DNA of 64,000 nt, from contig JAJDCB010000024.1 in NCBI GenBank assembly GCA_029261065.1, positions 102,364-166,363 of the forward strand, in the 5' to 3' direction. Positions 28,341 through 35,900 of the stretch are shown piece after piece. The stretch's first letter is position 1. Each line of letters starts with the position of its first letter. The position numbers were made by a program, and so were the translations under genes. Under the pieces are notes generated by a model. That model was not told where the DNA came from, ran no database searches, and was given only the letters and a program-made list of their open reading frames with translations. The DNA is from Candidatus Omnitrophota bacterium. GTDB lineage: Bacteria; Omnitrophota; Gorgyraeia; Zapsychrales; Zapsychraceae.

Positions 28341-30014
28341 TTAAGCTTCAAAGGTCTTGATTTTTTTCATCGCATCGTCTAATTTTTTTGCCGCATCCTT
28401 AGCAGATACAGTTACAATCTTCAATGTGATTTTAGACTCTTTTTTTTCTTCCTCTTCATTATTTGCTTTTTGAGCAACAGAATCATTGACTGTTTTTAAC
28501 TCATCTAATCTATTAACTTCATTACTCTTATCTTCTAAACTTGTATCATTAGAATCAGATTTTTCTGGTTGAGCAGCTTCTACTGCTTTATTTAAGGCTT
28601 CAAGAGGGTCTCTATCCTCATCGCTCTTATTTAAAGGTTCATCATCAGATTTTGTTTTTGATTCATCAAGCGCGTTTTGAAGTGCTGTTAAAGGATCAGA
28701 TTTTTCTTCTTTAGAGTCTTCAGTAGAATTACCAGGTGCCTTATTGGAATCATTAACAGCATTTTGAAGCATCGCTAAAGGATCTGCATTAGCTTCCTTC
28801 GCTTGTACACTCTTTTCGTCAGTTGGAGCAATTTTACTCAAAGCATCTAGCGCTTGTAACTTAGAGTCATTGACTGGTGTTTGGGCTGCAGAACCTTCAC
28901 TACTTTCCATAACTTTGTAAGTAAATATTATTAGAAATTGAAAATCCTCACATTTAAAATTCATTTCTAAATTGGATGTTTTTTCGGTATCACCAGAAAA
29001 TTCTAGATCAACGCCCATTACAGTAGATGGAATACTTATGTCAAAACCATAAGCTCCTTCAGCCCCCCCTAATTTCGTTTTAGCACCTCCGGCAATCATA
29101 TTAATTAATTCACCAACTCCATCCGTAACATCGGAATCAACTTCCTCAATGTCCATATATAACATTTTTGAAACAATGAGGCACGCTGCTTTTGAAGATA
29201 AACAAGCAGCGATATTTCCTTCAACCTTACCAGTCACACCAATAGAACTGACAATCCCTTCATCAGCAGAAGGCAGTATTTTCTCGTCAGTTTCTTCGAC
29301 ACTCAAAGTAAGCGTGGCTGAAAATGTATCAACGACAGCTTCTCTTAAAGCGTCTTTTAATGCCTCTTGAATTTCCATATCAGAAAATTTCCTTTCACTA
29401 GATACATTTTGATTATTGCTGATAATTGGCGTATCAACAATATTTTTTTCATCTTTTTTCAATTCAAGAGAAGAGCTATCCCCTGAAGCATCCAAAGCCG
29501 TTAATTTGTCTAATGCAGAAGTGGACGCTTCATCAACTTTAGCTGTATTTAGTTTATAATCTAAAATAGCAAGTATTTCTATATTATCTACTTTGTACTT
29601 TTTTAATATTTCGATTGTTTTGCCTTGACTATTTGACTTAACAATTTTTTTACCTCGAACGGTAGTTGGAATACTAATATCAAAAGGATGTTCTTTATCT
29701 GGTCCACCGATCCGATTTTTCATCCCACCAGCAATCATGTTAAGCAACTCGCCTATACCGTCTTTGACATCACTGTTAAGTTCCTCAATTTCCATATACA
29801 ACATTTTAGACACAATCTCACAGGCAATTTTTTCTGACATATAAATAGAAACAGTGCCTTCAAGAGATCCCGCTATTCCAATAGAACATATAAGGCTCTC
29901 CTCTACAGGTGAGATTGTGTCATCTAGGACTTCGGCTGATAACGCCATAGTTGTTTGAAAGACATCCAGAACAGATTCATTCAAAGTTACAATTAAATCA
30001 TCATGATAGGACAT
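28341..30014 (-). CDS. Tandem CheX-CheX phosphatase with an acidic repetitive tail
   Basis: Two homologous domains (SIGIAGSLEG...DGIGELLNMIAGG...FDISIP and SIGVTGKVEG...DGVGELINMIAGG...FDISIP), followed by a low-complexity tail with DPLxxL repeats. Confidence 0.88.
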   Translation of the reverse strand: MSYHDDLIVTLNESVLDVFQTTMALSAEVLDDTISPVEESLICSIGIAGSLEGTVSIYMSEKIACEIVSKMLYMEIEELNSDVKDGIGELLNMIAGGMKNRIGGPDKEHPFDISIPTTVRGKKIVKSNSQGKTIEILKKYKVDNIEILAILDYKLNTAKVDEASTSALDKLTALDASGDSSSLELKKDEKNIVDTPIISNNQNVSSERKFSDMEIQEALKDALREAVVDTFSATLTLSVEETDEKILPSADEGIVSSIGVTGKVEGNIAACLSSKAACLIVSKMLYMDIEEVDSDVTDGVGELINMIAGGAKTKLGGAEGAYGFDISIPSTVMGVDLEFSGDTEKTSNLEMNFKCEDFQFLIIFTYKVMESSEGSAAQTPVNDSKLQALDALSKIAPTDEKSVQAKEANADPLAMLQNAVNDSNKAPGNSTEDSKEEKSDPLTALQNALDESKTKSDDEPLNKSDEDRDPLEALNKAVEAAQPEKSDSNDTSLEDKSNEVNRLDELKTVNDSVAQKANNEEEEKKESKITLKIVTVSAKDAAKKLDDAMKKIKTFEA

Positions 30015-30030
30015 AGCCTATATCCTTATG

Positions 30031-30420
30031 TTAACCCGCTGCGTTTAAAATTGGATCAATAGCTGCTTTTAATTGATCTGGTGTAAAGGGTTTTGGTATA
30101 TAACCAGCCAAATTTGGATTAGCTGCTTTTGCCTCTGCAATTTTATCATCTGTTCCCTCAGTTGTAACCATAATGACAGGTATTTCGGCAACGGCAGGCA
30201 CTTTAGCCACAGCACCGACAAATTCAATACCAGACATATTAGGCATGTTCCAATCGCACAAAACTAGGGCAACATCTTGGAAATTACCTGCTAAGGTTTC
30301 TATACCTACCGCCCCATCAGGTGCTTCTAAGATTTCATTTTCAAACCCAGCTTTTTTAATAATTTGAACAATCATTTTTCTTTGGACTCCTGAATCATCA
30401 ATAACTAGAATTTTTTTCAT
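30031..30420 (-). CDS. CheY-like single-domain response regulator
   Basis: VIDD, LCDWNMP, VTTE and KPFT; lies between the cheX-like genes. Confidence 0.9.
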   Translation of the reverse strand: MKKILVIDDSGVQRKMIVQIIKKAGFENEILEAPDGAVGIETLAGNFQDVALVLCDWNMPNMSGIEFVGAVAKVPAVAEIPVIMVTTEGTDDKIAEAKAANPNLAGYIPKPFTPDQLKAAIDPILNAAG

Positions 30421-30458
30421 TTCTTAACTCCCTTTTATTTGGATAATTATAAAAGTTA

Positions 30459-31040
30459 TTAGCTCTTAATTTTGTCTATCGGTAACAAAACAAAATCAAC
30501 AACTAAAACCTTCTTTTTCTTTATGAAGAAACTCATTTCTGTTAACTTTTCTTCATTATAATTAAATTCCACACCCTCAGGCACATCATTTCTATATTTT
30601 AAAGGGGCAGAAATAATTAACTCACCATAACCTTCATTTTTGATATCATTTTTAGTTTTTCCAGAAATAACATTATGAATTTCACCGCAATTATCCATAA
30701 CAAACTCTTCATCTTCATCATCAAACCCAGTTTGCCCCAAGGCTTTTAATAGCTCCCGAGCATAAACCTCTTCTACATAAAAAACCATAGTTCCACAGGT
30801 ATCTTTACTGTCAAATTTTGATTTATCAGCATAAAAATTAATAACTGAAATAAAACAGGGTCCATTAAATTTCTGAAGACCAAAAACTCTCATGCGGCTT
30901 TCATATTCAATGATATCTTTTTCCTCAAATTCAGGATCCTGGGAGAAAATAGCGCTAGCCATTGTTTCGCAGGTTTCTTCAACGGCTTTCATAACAATTT
31001 TAATTATTGGGTCATTTTGAATAACATCTTCTTCACTCAT
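30459..31040 (-). CDS. CheX-like phosphatase (divergent)
   Basis: DNCGEIHNVISG (ExxN) followed by ISAP; precedes a CheY-like gene. Confidence 0.75.
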   Translation of the reverse strand: MSEEDVIQNDPIIKIVMKAVEETCETMASAIFSQDPEFEEKDIIEYESRMRVFGLQKFNGPCFISVINFYADKSKFDSKDTCGTMVFYVEEVYARELLKALGQTGFDDEDEEFVMDNCGEIHNVISGKTKNDIKNEGYGELIISAPLKYRNDVPEGVEFNYNEEKLTEMSFFIKKKKVLVVDFVLLPIDKIKS

Positions 31041-31064
31041 TTATTTAAACAACTCCTTATTTAG

Positions 31065-32933
31065 TTAATCATTCAAAACATTACTTACATCGAAACGTAA
31101 ATTATCTCTTAAAGTGTTTCTCTTAGTCTCAACAGCTTCTTCTTCCTCTTGGCTTGATTCAAACGTTTCAATATCTGATTGCGTTGATAAAAGATTATCA
31201 AAATATTTATCCATTTGCGTATTAAGCAATCTTTCTACTTTTTCACCTCTTAAAACTTCATCTTTTTTAGTTTTTTGAATTTCCCCTTTGTTGATATTTG
31301 CAAAATCAAATGCCAATTTGTTTAGTACAAAGATAGAATCTTTAAGGTAATGAGAAATTTTCATACTATTATTAAAGTTGACAACATCTTTCGAAGGATC
31401 TGTGGCATTTTGCTTTAATTTATCTAAAACATTATTAAGTTGATCAATTTGTTTTAAATTTCTCAAATATATCTCTTCGATAAACTGAAAATTATTTTGC
31501 GACCTCTCTACATATTGTGACAAATCCTGCAAATTATTTAATGATGAACTTTTGTAATGGTTAAAGTGCTTTACCCCTTTTAATATTCCCTCATTTGTCA
31601 TATTAACGGCTTTAGTCATTTTCTGAGAGAGAATAAGCAAGTCTTTTACGTCCGAGGTAGAGTCAGTACCTTTTTTTGCTTTGGTCCGTTTAGGAGCTTG
31701 TTTATCTTTTCTTTCAATTTTTCTAATAATTTTCTCAATCTGTTTTGAAACGCCTTGCATGGTCTGCGTTAAATCATTTAAGTTATTGGAATGAGCATAA
31801 TAACCAACGATGCTCTTATTGACATCTTGAACTTGTTGGTGTTGATCTTTTATTATCTGTTTATTCTTTTGATATTGAATGTAGACCTCTTTAATCTTAG
31901 TTTGATTCCCCTCCATTTGTGCTGTCAATTTTGTAATTTCGTTCTCAACGTTTTTTGTTAAAACATTTCTATCGTGATAGGATGTTAATGCCATGTAAAA
32001 AGACTCGATAAATTCTTTAACATATTGCGTTAATCTTCTCGTTTCACCCTGTAATTCCGTTGTTGATTCTTTATAACTGCCTAAAATGTTGCGTACATAG
32101 TAAGCAATGAGTAGCAAGAATATAAAAATTGATCCAAGAATTAATATTTGAAATGTTTTGCTTCCGTTATTTTTTAATACTGTAGAATAGACTTTAGCAT
32201 CATAATTTTGTCGATTTTTGCTATCTAATCGTCTTAACCCTAAATGCAAACTTAAAAATGTAGTCTCGAGAATCTTTTTAGAATTATTTATTGACCTTTC
32301 ATATTCACTATTTAATTTTGTGGCATAAACCTCAAGCTTGTCTAACCTGTCTATAAGTTCAAGTTTTATAGCTCCGATCTCTTCTATTCCGTTTACGGCA
32401 TTAACAACTAGAGAAAGTTCATTTAACGCATACCCCAACAAACGATCTTTTTGGGCCAAACTTTCGTTTTGTTCAACAAATAAATTCACAGCATCTAACA
32501 TCTTTTGTGTTTCCCCACCTTCACCTTCTGGATTAGGAAACTTTAGATTAAGTTGATTGATTTGAAACTCTAAAACTGCTTTTCTTTTATTATCGAGATA
32601 ACCAATATTTCTTATCTCACTTTTTATTTTTAATAATTTCTTTGAGTCAATTTCAGGAAAGCCGTTGAGATGAGAAATCAAAAGATTAATTTTTTTATCA
32701 ATTACTTTTTCGTGAGACCCAGAGTGAGGAGAATTTTCAAATACCTGATCTGTTAGGGATTGGACACCATTTAATTGCTGAGTTGAGAAATCTAATCGTG
32801 CTCGAATACGATCAAATTTTTGATGGCTTGAGTTTAATTCGATGAGTGATTGAGGACGTGTCAACATGTACGTGACACCAATCATAAATATAAATACAAA
32901 ATATAGTAAAAATCGAAGAATAGTTTTATTCAT
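31065..32933 (-). CDS. Membrane protein with chemoreceptor-like topology and a degenerate signalling coiled coil
   Basis: TM1 at the N-terminus, helical periplasmic region, TM2 (FQILILGSIFIFLLLIAYYV) and a long cytoplasmic coiled coil lacking the QTNLLALNA motif. Confidence 0.6.
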   Translation of the reverse strand: MNKTILRFLLYFVFIFMIGVTYMLTRPQSLIELNSSHQKFDRIRARLDFSTQQLNGVQSLTDQVFENSPHSGSHEKVIDKKINLLISHLNGFPEIDSKKLLKIKSEIRNIGYLDNKRKAVLEFQINQLNLKFPNPEGEGGETQKMLDAVNLFVEQNESLAQKDRLLGYALNELSLVVNAVNGIEEIGAIKLELIDRLDKLEVYATKLNSEYERSINNSKKILETTFLSLHLGLRRLDSKNRQNYDAKVYSTVLKNNGSKTFQILILGSIFIFLLLIAYYVRNILGSYKESTTELQGETRRLTQYVKEFIESFYMALTSYHDRNVLTKNVENEITKLTAQMEGNQTKIKEVYIQYQKNKQIIKDQHQQVQDVNKSIVGYYAHSNNLNDLTQTMQGVSKQIEKIIRKIERKDKQAPKRTKAKKGTDSTSDVKDLLILSQKMTKAVNMTNEGILKGVKHFNHYKSSSLNNLQDLSQYVERSQNNFQFIEEIYLRNLKQIDQLNNVLDKLKQNATDPSKDVVNFNNSMKISHYLKDSIFVLNKLAFDFANINKGEIQKTKKDEVLRGEKVERLLNTQMDKYFDNLLSTQSDIETFESSQEEEEAVETKRNTLRDNLRFDVSNVLND

Positions 32934-33077
32934 AATTTATTTAGTTAGTTAATAATAATTAATTATACCGTAACTAAATGGTTATGAAACAATTATTGTG
33001 TTTATTTTTTGTTTAAGAAAAGAAAGCAATGAGTGGATTTTAAGTAGGTAATTCCTAGTCTTATTTGTCTTTTTAAA

Positions 33078-33485
33078 TTAGACGAATCGAAAATCAGACA
33101 TTTTACTTTTTGCTTCAAGAATAACATTAACAATGTCTGCTCTACTAACAATACCAACTAATTTCCCATCCTTCGTAATCGGAACACGACGAATATGATT
33201 TCTTATAAAAAACTTACAAATATCAATGGCATCATCATTTTCGTTAAAAGAGATAACATCTACAGTCATGTAATCTTCTACGTTGTTTTTAATATCGAGA
33301 TTTTTGTCGAGTAAAATACGTAACACATCTTTTTCTGTAAGAATACCTACAATAGATTCATGTTCGTCAACCACGGGTAAACCGCTGACTTTATTTTTAG
33401 AAAGCAAATCTAGAGCCTCATAAATCGGTGTTTTTGCTGATACCGTGTGGATATTTGTACTCATGATAGACTGAATTGAAAGCAT
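33078..33485 (-). CDS. CBS-pair domain protein
   Basis: SGLPVVD...VGILTEKD and RRVPI...LVGIVSRAD; AGGAGG RBS. Confidence 0.93.
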   Translation of the reverse strand: MLSIQSIMSTNIHTVSAKTPIYEALDLLSKNKVSGLPVVDEHESIVGILTEKDVLRILLDKNLDIKNNVEDYMTVDVISFNENDDAIDICKFFIRNHIRRVPITKDGKLVGIVSRADIVNVILEAKSKMSDFRFV

Positions 33486-33684
33486 TTTTGCCTCCTTTAA
33501 AATTGGTTTGATTTCAAGTCTGAAAATAAAAAAGTCCGAGAATGAAACCCTTAATGCAGACTATATAAGTATAATACGTATTTAACACATGCGAAAGGCA
33601 AAATAGCAATTCAATTATTACTTCATAAGTTGTTGAAATTAAAAGGCTTACAAAGTAAAAATTATCTAAAACATGAGATTTATC

Positions 33685-34059
33685 CTAATATAACAATTTT
33701 TCGATGGCAGAAAGCAATTCTGGCGTCTGAAACGGCTTTTTCATATAAAAATCAACCCCCGCATCCATCGCCTTTTCCTTCGATTCATCGTCCACCGAAC
33801 CTGTAAGCATTATGACCGGAATTAAAGGTTCCTTAAATTGATCCTTGATTCTAGCTGTTAACGCGGATCCATCCATATCTAATAATTGTCCATCTGTAAT
33901 CACCAAATCAGGCTTATTCATTTGCAGGACATCAAGTGCCTCTTGGCCAGACAAGGCCGTTAAAACTTCAAAATTTTTTGATCGAAGGATGTATGCCAAT
34001 AATTTAATAAGATCTGGGGCATCATCGATAATGAGAATTTGAAAAGATTGTTTCTTCAC
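33685..34059 (-). CDS. Single-domain response regulator (start revised to GTG at 34059)
   Basis: IIDD, VITD, MLTG and KPF; the longer track ORF (to 34158) overlaps the kinase 3' end. Confidence 0.85.
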   Translation of the reverse strand: MKKQSFQILIIDDAPDLIKLLAYILRSKNFEVLTALSGQEALDVLQMNKPDLVITDGQLLDMDGSALTARIKDQFKEPLIPVIMLTGSVDDESKEKAMDAGVDFYMKKPFQTPELLSAIEKLLY

Positions 34060-34066
34060 AACTTCA

Positions 34067-35893
34067 CTAACTTTTTGTAGAAGGCAATAAAAAGAAGAAT
34101 GTTGAACCTTTACCAAGTTCTGACTCAACCCACATTTTGCCACCATGACGTTCAACAATAATTTTTGATATTACCAAACCTAAACCGGTATTTCCCGACT
34201 CTCTTCTCGCACCCGTCGTTAACTGTCCGAATATTCTAAATAATTTTGAAATATCTTCTTTTTTAATCCCAACGCCTGTATCTTTAATTGCAATACAGAT
34301 AATGCCTTGCTGCACACTAGAAATAATGGAAACTCCACCCTTTTTTGTAAATTTTGTTGAATTTTCAATCAAATTTAACAAAACCTTCTCAATTTTTTCT
34401 TCATCAAACATGCAAACTGGTAACTCTTTATCTAATTTCAGAGTGATTTCAAGTCCTTTCTCTACAATTGCTGGCTCGCATTTATCTTTAACGCTTTTAA
34501 TTAAATCATTAATATTTCCTTGAGCTAATTTAAAATTTGTTTTTCCCATTTCAAGCTTTTGATAATCAACAACATCATTGATGAGACAGTCCAATCTATC
34601 TAAATTTCTTTTTGCTGTATTTAAAAAGTCTTGTTGCTCTTCGCTAATATCACCGGCCGAACCATCCAAAATTATACCTATACTCCCTTGAACAGCTGTT
34701 ATTGGACTTTTTAATTCATGGGCAACCATATTTAAAAAATCATCTTGCATCTTTGATGCCTTTTCAATACCTTTTTCAGCAATTTTTCGCTTACTTACAT
34801 CATTAAGGACCCCGATAGATCCCGTCACAACACCTTCTTCATTCTTTAATATACTTAAAGTTAATCCAACATCAATTATCTTATTATCTTTTCTTTTTAT
34901 TTTTGTTTCAATATTATGCCGACTTCCTGATTTACGAAAATCCGCTGATCTAATTTTCTTCCATTCCTCAGGTGGATAGAGCAAACTCACTTGTTGCAAG
35001 TACAACTCTTTTTTTCCCATACCTAAAAGCTCTTCCGTATTTTTATTCCAAGAAACAATCCTTTCTTGATCATCAACAAACATAATCGAGACGCCGGAAT
35101 TTTCAAATATTAATTTGTAGCGCTCCTCAGCTTCTTTTGCATCAACTTCCACTTGATTTAGTTCTCTGTCTCGATTAGAAAAATTTGTAATATCCGTAAT
35201 GACAACCAGTATTCTCGAAGGCTTACCATTTTCATCTCTAATTAAATTTTCAGACACCAAACCAATCTTGATGGAGTTATCTTTTGTTCGCAATTCTATT
35301 TCATAAGGTTCTAAATCTTCGCCTTCGAGTCGATCGGAAAATTTTTCTAATATTCTCATTTTGCTATCTTTTGGAATAAAGGGTAACATTAAAATATTTC
35401 TCCCCACATATTCCTGTATATCATATTGCAACCAGTCTGATAATTTATTATTTAACTTCACAATCTTTCCGTTTATGTCCACCACAACAATTGCTTGTGG
35501 GGATAGGTTAAATATCATTTGATAATCGAGAGGCTGTGGCAAACTTTGTCCTTTGAGACTAAGGTTTTCTTCAATAAGAAGTCTCGCGACATTGACACTA
35601 TTACTCCCTAAAATATCAGCATGAGCAGGCTTCTTCTCTTTTAATTCTTCATGAATATCTAATTTTCCAGAAACATCAAAAACGATATTTAAGGTTGGAT
35701 CTTTAAGAAAAGGATTAAAATCGGAAGCTATTTGAAGACCTAATCGATTGGCCAATTCAATGGCGGGGGTATCCAATTCGGAGGCAACAACAGCAAGGAT
35801 ACGCACGGTTGTTGTGTTACTTAAAATTTCAAGCAGAGACTTACAATCATCGCCTGATCCAATAATAAGAGCGCTATATCCGCTATTTGACAT
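34067..35893 (-). CDS. Cytoplasmic histidine kinase: Rossmann-like N-domain, PAS, PAS, HisKA, HATPase
   Basis: Two PAS repeats, VAHELKSPI, NLIENSTKFT, DTGVGI and TGLGL; no TM helix. Confidence 0.93.
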   Translation of the reverse strand: MSNSGYSALIIGSGDDCKSLLEILSNTTTVRILAVVASELDTPAIELANRLGLQIASDFNPFLKDPTLNIVFDVSGKLDIHEELKEKKPAHADILGSNSVNVARLLIEENLSLKGQSLPQPLDYQMIFNLSPQAIVVVDINGKIVKLNNKLSDWLQYDIQEYVGRNILMLPFIPKDSKMRILEKFSDRLEGEDLEPYEIELRTKDNSIKIGLVSENLIRDENGKPSRILVVITDITNFSNRDRELNQVEVDAKEAEERYKLIFENSGVSIMFVDDQERIVSWNKNTEELLGMGKKELYLQQVSLLYPPEEWKKIRSADFRKSGSRHNIETKIKRKDNKIIDVGLTLSILKNEEGVVTGSIGVLNDVSKRKIAEKGIEKASKMQDDFLNMVAHELKSPITAVQGSIGIILDGSAGDISEEQQDFLNTAKRNLDRLDCLINDVVDYQKLEMGKTNFKLAQGNINDLIKSVKDKCEPAIVEKGLEITLKLDKELPVCMFDEEKIEKVLLNLIENSTKFTKKGGVSIISSVQQGIICIAIKDTGVGIKKEDISKLFRIFGQLTTGARRESGNTGLGLVISKIIVERHGGKMWVESELGKGSTFFFLLPSTKS

Positions 35894-35900
35894 TCTTAAT

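Noticed and set aside
33585-33610. GCGAAAGGCAAA resembling part of a c-di-GMP-I riboswitch
   Set aside because: Wrong strand for the downstream gene, and the remaining conserved stems are absent.
34060-34158. N-terminal extension of the 33685 receiver given in the ORF track
   Set aside because: Overlaps the kinase C-terminus in another frame; the receiver fold starts at GTG 34059.
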